64,000 nucleotides of DNA from Eledone cirrhosa (GCA_964016885.1 OZ024752.1:3782001-3846000), one strand, 5' to 3'; counted from the stretch's first letter, positions 44,691 through 63,612 are shown. Made by a program: numbers and translations. The notes: a model not told the origin generated them from the sequence alone.

Positions 44691-46834
44691 TGTGATAGAA
44701 TATATACCCTCCTCGATAAGAAATTAACTCTGTATGAGCTTTAACAACACACACATATATATCACCCTCCCTATGCACTCACACACACATATATATATAT
44801 ATGACATTCACACGCACGCACACAAACAATCCCACACACCATACATATATATTTATATGACTATAAATGTATACATATGTCAAACTCGTCGTTTTAAGAT
44901 ATATATATACGTAGATTTCCTTACGATTTCACAGCGTGGTTTATAATTTAAGATAAAAATTAAACCTGTCATCAATTATACATCATATTGACAGGTTATT
45001 TTGACAAAAATCCACAAATAGATGAATGAAAAGTATAATATATGAATACAAATCTATCAATAAATATACACGACTACAAAATCTGACATACCAACCTTTA
45101 ACAACCCAGATGGCGAATATCATGAAAAAAAGTGCCTCCAAAACGGGGAAAAGTGGTGAGATTTTACCTAATGCAAACTATACCCATTTTCAAAAGAGAA
45201 CAAATCTCTCGCGCACCCCAAAGTGGGTGGGAGATCTCTCCGTCGGACGGGGATATTTGATGGGTCTGATAAAATAAATAAGAGAAGACACTAACATAGA
45301 CAAGCCCGTCAGTGTATCCATTAAGAGCAGAGTATCCATTAATTTCGAACATTTTCCATTCCTCGCACACAAAAACAGAACTACATATGTTTTCCTAGGT
45401 AGCTTCTTCGCTGGACTAACTACGACACATTCTACTTACTATGGGCATGATCTTTTATGGTATGATCTTTTAGAAAATTTGTGTTGTTTTAAAAAATAGT
45501 TTATTACTTGATTTAATTAGAAACTCATGCCCAATTCCATTTTTTTTTTCAGTCTGCTCTTAGCTTTTATCATCTTATTTATATGCCTTCTAGTTGAAAC
45601 CGTGAACCTCATGTCGAACCAGAGTAGCTAGGCCCCATCATCGCTGACCTTTGATATGTGTTCACTTATGTTCCTTAGAGGATCTTCCGACTTTTACCTT
45701 CGTCTTCTGGCCCCATTAGGTTCATGATTGTTATGTTCTACGATCTGTTTTCCTCTGGTAACAGCTGTATCTGGGGTCTGCGTTATTGTTTGTCATCGCC
45801 CTTATCTGCCACACCTTTTTGTTTCTTTGTTTTCTGGTTTCTCGGTGTAGAGAGCGCTGATTTAGCTCTTACTTCCACACGTGTAACAACTAACTCCTCT
45901 TTCTGCATGTTTTGACAGAGTAAAATTGTTTTGATTCCTTTTTCCTTAATAGCATACAGTTCTGGAATAGGTTGTGGTATGCAGTTGCCAAAAGAATATA
46001 TGCTATTTCTTGTCACTTCCATCTTCACCATCCTTACCACAAAATGCTATAAAGATGGAGATGAACCAAATATCAAAGTTAAGATGAATGGCAATAGTTA
46101 TGCTAGTTGTATTGAAGAAAGTAGTGTTAGGCTACAATTCTGCATATTGGTTTGCCACGTTCTGTGTTTGATGGATGATATCGTTCAACTCATCTACGAG
46201 GGCTTCTCCTGACTGAAGTTTTATGGCCAGATAAAAGCTCCCTCTATTTTGAAAGAAGACAAGAGAATGTATTATATTCTTCTTTGCCTGTTTTTAATAA
46301 ATTATTTGAAACCACTACCAATCTTTTATGAACCACTTACATTTTTATTCTCGTGTCCACATATGTGTGGACATTCTTTCTGGGCAGATACGATAGCAAA
46401 TCTGAAAATAACAATAAGTGTTGTTACCAGTTTTCATCTAAAATGGAAATTCTTTTCCCATACAAGATGGGAAATCAGTAGGAAATACGCTGCAAATCTC
46501 TGTAATTGGATCCACAATTATGACACAAAATAAAAACACCAGGTTAGACAGTTGTCCGATATATATTTAAGAAACTCATAAAGAAAACGTCTGTTGCATA
46601 TAAAATAATATTTTTATAAAAATATTATTCTTTCTATTCTTCAGTCCATTATATTTTATTACTATGTATTCTATTTTATATTCTGGCAACGAAAAATACA
46701 ACACACCGAACCTGAAATTTCGGTTCCGACGACAATTGTTTCGGGTCTGGTTGTTTGACTGACGTGTCTTCTCATGAAGTAACGTTTCAGGTGGCTCAGC
46801 TTTCCAAAGACTTTTAATGTAGTTCTCAGAGAGA

Positions 46835-46963
46835 TTCAGCGAATATATGAGTGGACTGGAGCAAAGTGAAATGAAGTGTCACGCTCAAGGACACATACTG
46901 CTTAGAATTTGAACGTATGACCTTGTGGTTGTGAATTGAGTATCCCAACCACAAAGCCATGAG
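46835..46963 (-). mobile_element. CORE-like SINE family B, diverged
   Basis: gagtggactggagcaaagtgaaatgaagtgtcacgctcaaggacaca...atttgaac...ccaaccacaaagcca is homologous to 31270-31390. Confidence 0.7.
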
Positions 46964-47394
46964 TTCGTCACATCTATCCGATATTCTAATGATAGTTTTT
47001 TTTTTCACCATGTCTGTGGGAAAGTGGCTGCTAACCTACTCGGAACTTCGCCCCAGTTTCTGTTTTCTCACATGTACCGAAGCAGAGCCTAGTCACTTAT
47101 CCGGACCATCAGTAAGGTAATGCCAAGGATTGGGCCGAGACGCAAAACCAGAAGTTACGAAAAGAAGATATATATGAATTTAAAGCTGGAGAAAGGGAGA
47201 AAAATTAAGGGGGAGAAACAGGGATGAAGTGAGAAAGAGAGAGAGATAAATAATAGAGAGAAAAACATTTGGAGTGTGAGAGATAGGGAGTGAAATAGAG
47301 AGAGTTAAAACACCTGCGTATCTATCAGAAATAGTTTAATATTGGATTTTTCAATCTAGTAAAGGTTAGTCAGTACACTCTACCATAAATTTAT

Positions 47395-47695
47395 TGGTGC
47401 ACTTGCAGCTACTGATAATAGTGATGATATTGTTGTTTTTGTTGGTGGTATTGGTGGTGGTGTTGGTGCTAATACTTGTGTGGATGATGATAATGATGAT
47501 ATTGTTGTTTTTGTTGGTGGTATTGGTGGTGGTTGTTTTGGTGCTGCTTATGCTGGTGGGGGTGATGCTGCTGATAGTATTGGTGCGAGCGGCAGAGATC
47601 ATGAGGATGATGATGATGAGGATGATGATGATGATGATGATGATTGATGATAGTGGTATTGTTGCTGCAGGGGATGCTAGCGATGTTGATAATGA
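47395..47695. repeat. Degenerate (GGT/GAT)n low-complexity region
   Basis: Directly visible. Confidence 0.85.
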
Positions 47696-49046
47696 ATATA
47701 AAAAAGCTGATGCTATTATCCCAGATTGATTAATATATGTACTGCAAAGCCATTCAACACACGTTTTCTGTTGAGAATCAACTTAACGAAATTTGTAATA
47801 CGGCCAATCAAATTTGATCTGATAGCAAACATTCCTCTTTCAAAGATGACCTTAAAAACCTATGTGCTATCTCAACTATAAGCCACGTAAAAAATCGTCT
47901 GGAAAAGTACGAGGCTAGAATATTTGCTTTTGTAATGAATATATCTTGAATATTAAGAATCCGAGTTTAAGGAATTGCAATATAGTTTCCTTTTTCCCTA
48001 ATTCAGGCTCAGCTCTAAGTTTTAAGTGATATCGTTATTATTTAAATATTTCATTGTGAGCTTTTTCGATGGCATTAGCTTAGTGTACCTCGAGTAGCGT
48101 GTTAATTAGTTTTTGTTTTCTTTTGTATTGACATTATATATTTTTTTAGGATAAACCGGCCGATGTACTGCACCTGTAATTGAAGGGCTAACCTTTTCAC
48201 ACACTGTCACACTGAATCTCCCCGTGCAATGGTAAGTCACTTATTCATTAATGTTATAAATTGTCTGTTCTGTTGATTGAAAAACTGGGACATTAATCGT
48301 CGAAACCGACGGAGTTTCATCAGTAATCTGTATACGCCTATATATATTTGAATTTGGATTATATATTTGTTTTTTAAACATTATGTTTTGATTCCATAAA
48401 GAAACTTATAACTGTAGACATTCTTTCAATATTCAATCTCTATATCCAAAACATATTTGGATTTTCTTTTCAATTCCTTTTGCCGATATATTGTTGCAAG
48501 TAAAACATCAATGTTTTACTATACCTAGTGTTCTAATTAATGTATGTGTTATCTTTACTTTGATACGTCACATGCTAAATATTTCCAATTTAAAGCCCTG
48601 GCATTTTGACATTATCCCGTCTTCCTTCTATGTGGTATTGTGGAAAGAGTCATAGAGCTGTGAGCTCTCCGTTAGCATTTCAGATATTTATGTTATTTTC
48701 CTTCGTAATTATATTTGGACTATAAACCTTAATCACTATGTCGTACTGGTTAGGCATGGTTGTAGTCAGGTTATTACTGTGTGAAGTTTTATAACACTTA
48801 ACTCTTTGTACATCGTAGTGTTGGAATACTACCGGATCGTGTTTGTGAATATACTCAAACATCTTTCACTAGATCAAATTTTATTTTCATAGCCTTTTCC
48901 ATACTTTTGCCATTTTGTTTCTTTATTTTATTATTATCGTAGTTTCTGGCTAAGCATTGATCGTGTATAACTACACTCAGACCATTTTTTATTGCGTTTA
49001 GTCGAGAGAGCTTTCAGCCATTGCTGACTTGTACTGTGATTTATAG

Positions 49047-49455
49047 CCTTCTTCTTTTTCGCCCATTTATTCCGGAGAGAGACAAGAGGGCAGATTCCTC
49101 AAGCACACTTTCCAACTGATCCGGCTGGATCCTCAAGCGAGACCATGCAAGCTCGTGGATAATTATCCAATCATCTTGCTTGAGGTCTACACTTAGGTCT
49201 GCTAGCGGTTGGTTTGGCCCATAAAATTTATCCAGTGACCCTTTCCTGAGATTTTTTTAACCACATGCCCATAGTATCGCAGCTGTGATCTCTCAATTTG
49301 TAAAAGTAGCGACTCTACCAGGAGTGACTCTCTGATCTCCGAGCTACGCACTCTATCGAGTAACGTCACCCCAAAGACCCTTCTGAGGAACCCCATTTCG
49401 GCCGCTTCTATTTCCGATCGTATTCTTTCGGTCATTGCTCAAGGTCCATGAATTA
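49047..49455 (-). mobile_element. RTE-clade (Expander/Rex3-like) LINE 3' fragment
   Basis: ORF 49202-49435, MTERIRSEIEAAEMGFLRRVFGVTLLDRVRSSEIRESLLVESLLLQIERSQLRYYGHV, matches the RTE post-RT region; (GAA)n-like tail. Confidence 0.85.
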
Positions 49456-50029
49456 TATTTACTCTGTCAATTCTCGCATGATATTGTCCATGAAACAGTT
49501 TTTTCGTATTCCTCGCAGTATGTTTTGGAATTCCGTCTTGACTTTATTTTTATTTTTCTACGTATCTGTTGTTTGGTATATATTTAAACATTTTACGTCT
49601 GTGTACTAAGCTTCAAATTTGTAACTTATTGCTTTATCATCTTCATGATCCCCAATTATGCTAATATATTTTCGAGCCACCTCACACACAATGTGCGATG
49701 TAGGATTACCATATCTATATCAGCTATAAATAGTTCCTTAAGATTCTTGTCTAGGTAATTTAATACACATCACTTAAAATTTATTATATTGAAGCTATAA
49801 CATATACGTGAGTTAAGCAGTATAATTTCCTTAATATATTACCCAACGAACTATTTTTGAGGTTAAGTCAATTTGGAGGAATATTGGAATCATTAATTCC
49901 CAAAATATATTCGATTTTCCTTGTCTGCTTTAATTAATTATAGATTCGACTATTTTTGACGAAATAAAAACAATATTAAGGGTATCAACATGCTACTGGC
50001 CATTAACACAACCACGCGTCAATGTATCA

Positions 50030-50629
50030 CCACAACACCGCTACCACAACATAATCAACAAAAACACCATCAAACTCTACTACAGCACCACATCTAACTT
50101 CGCACAAAACATCGTCTCCTCAAACAACAAAAAACTCAACCCCTATGGAAGAAATAACCTAGACATCAGTGGAGAGCCGACCAGGAGGTGTAACTGCCCT
50201 GATAGATCTACGTGCCCCCTCAACAACAAATGCCGAGAACGTAACGTGATCTACCAGTACAACGTGAGGACAGACACCTCCAACAAAGCTTATATAGGAT
50301 TAACCGCGTGTGACTTCAAGACCCGTCTCTACCAACACCGACATACTTTCCGAAACCCGGTCCGGCGACATGCCACTACACTTTCGGGCCACATCTGTGA
50401 CCTCCAAGATAATAATATAACCTACAATCTCACTTGGAGCTTACTGTTCAAAGCTATCTCTTACACGGGAGGACGCCGTCCGTGTAACTTATGCTCGGAG
50501 GAAACATTACAAATGCTGTTTTCGAAGGACCAACTCCTAAACAAGAAAGACGAACTGGTAACCGCATGCAAACACAGATTGCGTAGGAATAACTTCGCCC
50601 TCAAACCCCATATCGAACCGGGTGGGTAG
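50030..50629 (+). pseudogene. Penelope-like element (Nematis-type) linker + GIY-YIG endonuclease, 5'-truncated
   Basis: Open frame from 50030: PQHRYHNIINKNTIKLYYSTTSN...CNCPDRSTCPLNNKCRERNVIYQ...YIGLTACDFKTRLYQHRHTF...TLSGHI...W...CNLCSEE...LLNKKDELVTACKH. Confidence 0.88.
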
Positions 50630-51287
50630 ACAAGGGCTGATACTTGCAGAATAAGTTAGGGGAAACCCCAGCTTACTTAGGTAGATGTATATCTTTTCTT
50701 ATCTTTTCCTCTTTGTCTTCTTCTTCCCCTTGTCTCATTCACCACTTCCTTTCACCCCCTATTTTGTTCCTCGTGTGCTTTTCCCGTTCGCCTACCCCGA
50801 GGCAGCCCATCGGGCCTCTGCAGCGTCAGTTTCCCCACCCCTGTAATGTTAAGTTAGAATTCGCCGAATACGTTTTACTAACTACTTATAGCAGACGTGT
50901 TAAACCCCTTTAATTCTGTATCAGTTCGGGTACTACTCAATTTCTCAACTTATTAACCTGTAATTGTAAGATAACATTGATTTATTTTATTCATTTCTCA
51001 CAATCTAATTTTATATATATTTTTTATTCCTTTCTATTATCTTTTATTGTCTCCTACTCTCATTCGATTTACCTATACTATAACCTCCCTCTTTCACTAC
51101 ATAAACTATCCTTAGAATCTGCTTAATACATATCACTTTCAACCCCGCTCCACTCACTCTCCTATTGTTCTACAGGAAAGTTCAGCCACCCCTACCTCCC
51201 ACCTAATGCCATGATAGACTTATTTGTGTTTACAACAAATTTTAATCAATCCTCTTGACAACTACAATCTTCCCATATAAGGAAGTA

Positions 51288-51382
51288 CCCCCTTGAAAAC
51301 TTCGGCTATTTATTCACGAGGCTATAAATTCTAATTTAATCCAGAAATAGCCATCGAAACGGCTTGAGCTCTGCCGTCGGGT
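51288..51382 (+). ncRNA. Type-I hammerhead motif, U3-A8 variant with long stem II and stable stem III
   Basis: ccc-TTGAAAA-cttc ggctattt...aaatagcc atc-GAAA-cggc ttgagctct gccg-TC-ggg. The base of stem II is mismatched. Confidence 0.55.
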
Positions 51383-51477
51383 CATACTTTTTACTATTTC
51401 CCTATCTACGACCCTAAGTATTGAGTACTCTGGTGCGTTATGGTCCATCTGGTTCGTTACAACAATTCATTGTTATG

Positions 51478-51479
51478 TG

Positions 51480-51525
<46 letters not shown>

Positions 51526-51965
51526 AATATGTATATATGTATATATGTATATGTATATATATGTATATATATGTATAAATGTATATGTATATATGTATAT
51601 ATATATGTATATGTATATGTATATATGTATATATATATGTATATATATATGTATATATGTATATGTATATATATATGTATATATATATGTATATGTATAT
51701 ATGTATATATATATGTATATATATATGTATAAATATATATGTATATATATATATGTATATATATATGTATAAATATATATGTATAAATATATATGTATAA
51801 ATATATATGTATATATATGTATATATATGTATATATATATGTATAAATATATATGTATAAATATATATGTATATGTATATATATATATGTATATATATGT
51901 ATATATATATATGTATATATATATATGTATATATATGTATATATATATATATGTATAAATATATA

Positions 51966-52060
<95 letters not shown>

Positions 52061-52165
52061 GTATATATATATATGTATATATATGTATATATGTATATAT
52101 ATATGTATATATATATATGTATAAATATATATGTATATATATGTATATATATATATGTATAAATA

Positions 52166-52238
<73 letters not shown>

Positions 52239-52559
52239 AAATATATATGTATAAATATATATGTATAAATATATATATATATGTATATATATGTATATAT
52301 ATGTATATATATATGTATATATATGTGTATATATATATGTGTATATATATATGTATATATATATATGTATAAATATATATGTATATATATATATATGTAT
52401 ATATGTATATATATATATATATGTATATATGTATATATATATATATATGTATATATGTATATATATATGTATATATATATATATGTATATATATATATGT
52501 ATATATATATGTATATATATGTATATATGTATATATATATATATATTTATATATATGTA

Positions 52560-52612
<53 letters not shown>

Positions 52613-52992
52613 GTATATATATATATATATGTATATATATGTATATATATGTATATATATGTATATATATGTATATATGTATATATATGTATATATGTAT
52701 ATATATGTATATATGTATATATAAGTATATATGTATATATATGTATATATGTATATATATGTATATATATGTATATATATGTATATATATGTATATATGT
52801 ATATATATGTATATATGTAAATATGTATATATATGTATATATATATGTATATATGTGTATATGTATATATGTATATGTATATATGTATATATATATATAT
52901 GTATATATGTATATATATATGTATATATAAATATATATGTATATATGTATATATATATATATATGTATATATATGTATATATATATATATGG

Positions 52993-53024
<32 letters not shown>

Positions 53025-53465
53025 GTATATCTATATATGTATATATGTATATATGTATATATATATATATGTATATATGTATGTATATGTATATATGTAT
53101 ATATATATATGTATGTATATGTATATATGTATATATATATATGTATATATGTATATATATATATATGTATATATGTATGTATATATGTATATATATATAT
53201 GTATGTATATGTATATATGTATATATATATATATGTATATGTATATATGTATGTATATATATATATATATGTATATATATGTATATGTATATATGTATAT
53301 GTATATATGTATATATATATATATGTATATGTATATATGTATGTATATATATATATATATATATACGTATATATATGTATATGTATATATGTATATATGT
53401 ATATATATATGTATGTATGTATATATATATATGTATATATATGTATATGTATATATGTATATATG

Positions 53466-53496
<31 letters not shown>

Positions 53497-54017
53497 GTAT
53501 ATATATATGTATATATATATATATGTATGTATATATATATATGTATATATATGTATATGTATATATGTATATATATATGTATATATATATGTATATATGT
53601 ATATATATGTATATATATATCTTTATATATGTATGAATATATATGTATATATATATATGTATATATATATATGTATAAATATATATGTATATATATATAT
53701 ATATGTATGTGTATATATATATATGTATATATATATGTATATATATATATGTATATATATATATGTATGTATATATATATATATGTATATATATGTATGT
53801 ATATGTATGTGTGTATGTATATATATATATGTATATGTATGTATGTATGTATATATATATATATGTATATGTATGTATGTATGTATATATATATATATGT
53901 ATATATATGTATATATGTATATATGTATGTATGTATGTATATATATATGTATATATATGTATGTATGTATGTATGTATATATATATATATATATGTATAT
54001 ATATGTATGTATGTATA

Positions 54018-54062
<45 letters not shown>

Positions 54063-54483
54063 GTATGTATGTATATATATATATTATGTATATATATTTT
54101 ATGTATGTATATATATTATATATATATATGTATATATATGTATGTATGTATATATATATATATATATGTATATATATGTATATATATGTATGTATGTATA
54201 TATATATATGTATATATATGTATATATGTATTATAGTATATATATGTATTATGTATATACATGTATATGTATATATATGTATATATATGTATATGTATAT
54301 ATATGTATATGTATATATTTGTATATGTATATATATGTTATGTATGATATTTATATATGTGTATATGTATATATGTGTATATATATATTATGTTATATAT
54401 GTATTATTTATACTATATATATATATATATGTATATGTATATATATATATGTATATGTATATATATATATGTATATATATAAG

Positions 54484-54514
<31 letters not shown>

Positions 54515-54527
54515 GTATATATATATA
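51478..54527. repeat. 3-kb (TA)n / (TATG)n array
   Basis: Directly visible. Confidence 0.97.
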
Positions 54528-55138
54528 ATGGTCAGGTCACCAGTTGGAGCTACTGGTAACATGTATCCCAGTACAACCTGTCCCATGGTCGGGTCGTTGG
54601 TGACTAAACTGGCAACCCCACCAAGGTTTCTTGGTGAGGAGGGTGACTTTGGACATCCTGCAGGACTAAAAACAAAACCTGTCAAAGGGCAAAGGAGCTC
54701 TTAAGAGTCAATGGCCATCCAAAATCACCGGGAGAGATGACCCCTTAGCCTTTGTCAAGGCAGAATTCTAGGAGAAGGAAAACTCTGATATAACACCTGC
54801 AACCCTGATGGTATCCAATGATGTTGACTTGTTCTTCTTTTTGGTAAATATCATCTTGGTTGAGAGAGCGGGACTGGCTTTGTGCAGTGCCTTTGCTCAC
54901 TATAAAAGCTTCACGGCACAGGCATTGCTTTATATCTGGAGATCTCTCTGCACTTGTCATCACGTGGTACCATGGGCCCAGCACTATGTGTCAGTAATTG
55001 TCACAAGTGTAGTGTTTGTACCAGAGTTTTCAAGTCGCTGGCTGGAGTAAAAAGTCACACTCGTTCAGCGCATTGGTAGGGTTTCTCCTACATGGATATA
55101 AAGTAGTGGCCGTACACGAAAACGTGTTGGCAGCCACC
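54528..55138 (+). mobile_element. Non-autonomous RTE-derived element, about 610 bp, copy 1
   Basis: The 3' part encodes [22 protein letters not shown] (C2H2, 55008-55079), followed by an RTE-like end, and the element is flanked by (TA)n. A second copy lies at 60230-60856. Confidence 0.7.
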
Positions 55139-56980
<1,842 letters not shown>

Positions 56981-57504
56981 TATGTTTTGGATGATATAGA
57001 GAATATGATGCTATATAATATTATTGTATGTTGATTTAGAAAGGTATGAAGCGGGAGGGAGATATGATGCATAAATAGCTTGTATAAATGAAAAACACCA
57101 TAACATAAAGAAAATAAAAGCTACATATATTTAAAGAATCTATTTCTTTGATGGTGCGTTCGTGTGTCACTGTCACCTGACTATCTATATTGATATGTGA
57201 AAAGAAACATATCGAATATGAGTAATTAAACTAAGAACATTGCATCATGGTATACGAAGTTTGTCTTAATTATTCACAAGAATTTTTCTGAAGAGTGATG
57301 GGGAATTACTTGAATGTAAAACAAAATGGAACCAATAAGAGCGAGATAATGGTGGGAAAAAAGGGTATTATGACAGACTAACGGAGATGTAGAGTCTAAT
57401 GGGGAAACGGAGAAAATGGTGGATAGAAAGAGGTTGGGAGACGATAGAGGCCGGTGGAGGAAGGGTTTATCTTCATCCATGTCATGATATACGTTAAAAT
57501 AGGG

Positions 57505-58830
57505 ATGGTGATGATGATGATATTGGTGATGATGATGATGAGCAGATATGAAGGGATGGTGACGATGTTATTAAGGTGGTGATGATGATGATGATGATGA
57601 AAATGTTACTTTTGGTAATGATGTCTATCATATTGTTTATGATGATATTCATGAAGATGACGATCACGACAATTACGTTGACGATGATGATGATGGTAAG
57701 AAGGGTGATTATGGTGGTAGTGGGGTGGCGGTGGTGGCGGTGGTGGTGGCGGTGGTCATCATGGTAAATGGATTGATATAAAATAGTGCAGGCGATGATG
57801 GTAAAGATGGTGGTGAGGAGGATGAGTGGGTGGTGGAGGAGGTGGAGAGGCGTGGTGAAACGGAGGAGGAGGAGGAGGAGGAGGAGGAGGAGGAGGAGGA
57901 GGAGGAGGCAACAGGAAAAAATGCATTGAAATATGAGAGAACATATATAAAATAGGAATGAAGAGTGGCGATGGTGGCGGTGGCTGTGTTGGTGGCGGTG
58001 TCGGTTGTGTTGGTGGCTGTGGTGGTGGTGGCGGTGGCGGTTGTGTTGGTGGCGGTGGCTGTGGTGGTGGTGGTGGCGGTTGTGTTGGTGGCTGTGGTGG
58101 TGGTGGCGGTGGCGGTTGTGTTGGTGGCGGTGGCTGTGGTGGTGGTGGTGGCGGTTGTGTTGGTGGCTGTGGTGGCGGTGGCTGTGGTGGCGGTTGTGTT
58201 GGTGGCGGTGGCTGTGGTGGTGGTGGTGGTGGTGGTGGCGGTTGTGTTGGTGGCTGTGGTGGTGGTGGTGGCGGTGGCGGTTGTGTTGGTGGCGGTGGCT
58301 GTGTTGGTGGCGGTTGTGTTGGTGGCGGTGGCTGTGGTGGTGGTGGTGGCGGTTGTGTTGGTGGCTGTGGTGGTGGTGGTGGTGGTGGCGGTTGTGTTGG
58401 TGGCGGTGGCTGTGGTGGCGGTTGTGTTGGTGGCTGTGGCTGTGGTGGTGGTGGTGGCGGTTGTGGTGATGTGCTGGTGGTGGTGGTGCTGGCGGCGGTT
58501 GTGGCGGTGGTGGCGGTTGTGGTGATGTGCTGGTGGTGGTGGTGGCGGTGATGGTGATGTGGTGGCGGTGCTGGTGGTGGCGGTGGCGGTTGTGGTGATG
58601 TGCTGGTGGTGGTGGTGGTGGTGGCGGTGGTGGTGATGTGGTGGCGGTTGTGGTGATGTGCTGGTGGTGGCGGTTGTGGTGATGTGCTGGTGGTGGTGGT
58701 GACATTGGAGGTGCCGGCGTCAGTGGTGGTGATTGAGGTACTGATCGGGGTGTTGTTGTTGGTGGTGGTGGGGGGGGGGGGGTGACGTTTGGCGGCCTCG
58801 TTCGTAATGGTGGTAGCGGTGGTGGTGTTG
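57505..58830. repeat. (GAT)n, (GGA)n and higher-order (GGT/GGC/TGT)n repeats
   Basis: Directly visible; recurring unit ggcggttgtgttggtggc(ggtggc)tgt(ggt)n. Confidence 0.93.
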
Positions 58831-59458
58831 TCTGTGAGTGGGAGTCATGCTGATGATGAAGAAAAGGAGAGCGAGATAAAAAGGAAAAAAGTAGAAGAAA
58901 AAGAAGAGAAAAGAAAATAAAGAAGAAGAAGAAGAAGAAGTAGAAAATTGGAAACAAGAAAAAGAACGGAAACAACAAGAAATTGAAGGACGAGGATCTC
59001 TTCTAAAATGGTTCTTTATTTTTCTCATTTCATATGATAAAACGTGAAATGAATTCTCCGTCATAATTAACAGCCAGGTATTTTCCCATGAAGGAATATC
59101 ATTGCTCTGTCTTATTATACATGATATGAAGATATATATATACAGTATATAATCTGTTATCTTCTGTCCATAATTATCCCCTGAGCCCCACCCCTCATCG
59201 TTCACCCTCACCTCACATAGTCGATTCCGTTATTTAGTTTTTTGGAAGACGTCCATAGAAAAGTCTCGCTCATTTTCTATTCTAGTCACTTCTTTCTTCT
59301 TCTACTACACTCACTACACACTCTGTATCTACACATCTCTACCTCCGACTCAGTCATTAACTGGCATTTATTTCTCAGTTTTCATATATGAATATAAATG
59401 TTTATCTGTGTGTATTTGTGTAGTTATTTAAGCGAGTGTAAGTGTGTGTGTGTGTGTG

Positions 59459-59494
<36 letters not shown>

Positions 59495-59504
59495 GTCGAA
59501 GGAA

Positions 59505-59587
59505 ATGTGGTAAGGAGCCAGATAGATCATAACGCACCAAAGTACTCAATACTTAGGGTAGTAGAGTGGGTAATAGGAACGAGTATA
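59505..59587 (-). mobile_element. Penelope pLTR 3' terminal fragment
   Basis: Inverse of 51385-51463 (accctaagtattgagtact.tggtgcgttatg). Confidence 0.7.
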
Positions 59588-59992
59588 TAAGTATTTATAC
59601 GTACATACATAGATGTGTAAAGACGTACAGTAGAATGTATATATATACTTACATGCACATATATATATATATATATGTGTACGTATGGGTTTACCGAACA
59701 TTTATTATAACGTTCGGTTTGTTTGTAAACAAACAGCCCGAATTATTAGCTGTACAGTGTTCGGCAACAATCGTTGCCCTTTTGTTCAACACTGACAAAG
59801 GAACGATATACTAGTTTCAAGCTTATTAGCTATCGTCAGCAACGTATACCTTCCTGCCAGATGATTGAACGTCTGAAAGTATATATTTCCTTATGCATAT
59901 TAACGGCTGAGCAGCCTAATTTGCATATCGAGTGAGTTAATCGGCCGGGCGCACCGAATACGATAAACGAAAATTTCGTTTCATTTTTTCCG

Positions 59993-59995
<3 letters not shown>
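59585..59995. mobile_element. Family D copy with short terminal inversion
   Basis: Matches 21778-22148; 59971-59995 is the reverse complement of aaacggaaaaaatgaaacgaaattt. Confidence 0.8.
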
Positions 59996-60063
<68 letters not shown>

Positions 60064-60067
60064 GTAT

Positions 60068-62265
<2,198 letters not shown>

Positions 62266-62799
62266 ATTTATCACATCTATAGTACCAGCAATACGACGCA
62301 ACGTTGTAATAGACTTGTTTACCAGAATTCTGTTTGCTCAGTAAATTGCATGTGCGCACGTTCTCATCACCAGTTATGCCCACGCACACTCACACACACA
62401 CTCACACATATATATATACATACACACGACATCAGTAACAATACACCACACACTCAGTATACACTACATTACCACATCGCATACAGACACGTTCATATCT
62501 CACATATAAACTATTTATTCTACACCACTCAAACCACACCAACATATACATACCAACTCCCTCTCTCTATTTTCTCTCGATAGAGCCATGCATTTTATGT
62601 ATTCTAAAGATGGAAAATGACAGTTAATTCTCAGAGGAAACTTTCAAGTGAAATCAAAACCGTTCTTTGGCTCAGAGGCACTAAGAGCTTTGCTGCAATT
62701 CTTAATGAAGCCATCAAAACTAATTACTTGAAGACATTTAGATAAAATGCCCTAAATATCAGCAGACCACTAACAAGATGCTATCATTCGCAACAATCA

Positions 62800-63565
62800 T
62801 ACTTCTTCCGCTCTTCAACTCTTTCTCCCTCCCTCTTCCACTCTCATTCTCATTCACTCTTTCTCCCCCCGCCCCTTCCACTCTCTCTCTCCCTCCTCTC
62901 CGTCTCTCTCTCGCTCACTCTTTATCCCTCCCTCTTCCACTCTCTCTCTCCCTCCTACTCTCCGTCTCTCTCTCGCTCACTCTTTATCCCTCCCTCCCTC
63001 TTCCACTCTCCCTCCCTCCCTCCCTCCCTCTGTCCCTCTCTCTCTCACTCAATCGGACTCCCTCCCTCTTCCACTCTCTCTCCTTCTCTTCCACTCTTTC
63101 TCCCTCCCTCTTCCATTCTCTCTCCCTCTCTCTTCCACTCTCTCTCCGTCTCTCTCCTCTCACTTTTTCTCTCACTTTCGATTTATTATTCTCATAAATA
63201 TTCTCCTTTTTCTCATACTATTGTACCTTCACATCTCTCTCTCTCTCTCTCACTCTCTCTCCCTCGCTCTCTCACTTCTTCTTTTTCGCTCTCTCTCTCT
63301 CTCTATCGCTTGATCTCTCTTTCTCTCTGTATCACTTTCTCCCTTTCTCTCTCTATCATTTGCTCTTCTCACTCCTGTTATCTCTCTGCCGCTCATTATC
63401 TTAAATCAACCACCATTTTGAACACGTTCTCTTTACATCATTAGCTAGCTAAATTGTCTTTCTTTTCTCCTTCTTACCCCATCAACCATCATGCTCTCAT
63501 TCATCTCTCTCTCTCTCTCTCTCTCTCTCCCCTCTCTCTCCCCTCTCTCTCTCTCTCTCTCACAC
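62800..63565. repeat. CT-rich polypyrimidine low-complexity tract
   Basis: Directly visible. Confidence 0.9.
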
Positions 63566-63612
63566 AGTTTTTATCTATCTTACCCATATATACATATATA
63601 CTGGCATATGTA

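Larger units (their letters stand above)
50030..51475 (+). mobile_element. 5'-truncated Penelope-like element including 3' pLTR, ending in (TA)n
   Basis: GIY-YIG ORF end, pyrimidine-rich 3' region and hammerhead motif. The terminal segment is also present inverted at 59505-59587. Confidence 0.75.

Noticed and set aside
48150-48240. Plus-strand exon with tttttttag acceptor and gtaagt donor
   Set aside because: The sequence looks like the 3' half of an old SINE; splice signals alone are insufficient.
50634-50690. Second hammerhead right after the Penelope stop codon (ctgatac...gaaacc...ggta)
   Set aside because: The core is incomplete and stem I does not pair.
57494-58978. His/Pro-rich 494-aa and Gly/Cys-rich ORFs (beak-protein-like or keratin-associated-like)
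   Set aside because: All frames are open because of (GGT)n degeneracy; there is no signal peptide, splice evidence or non-repetitive domain.
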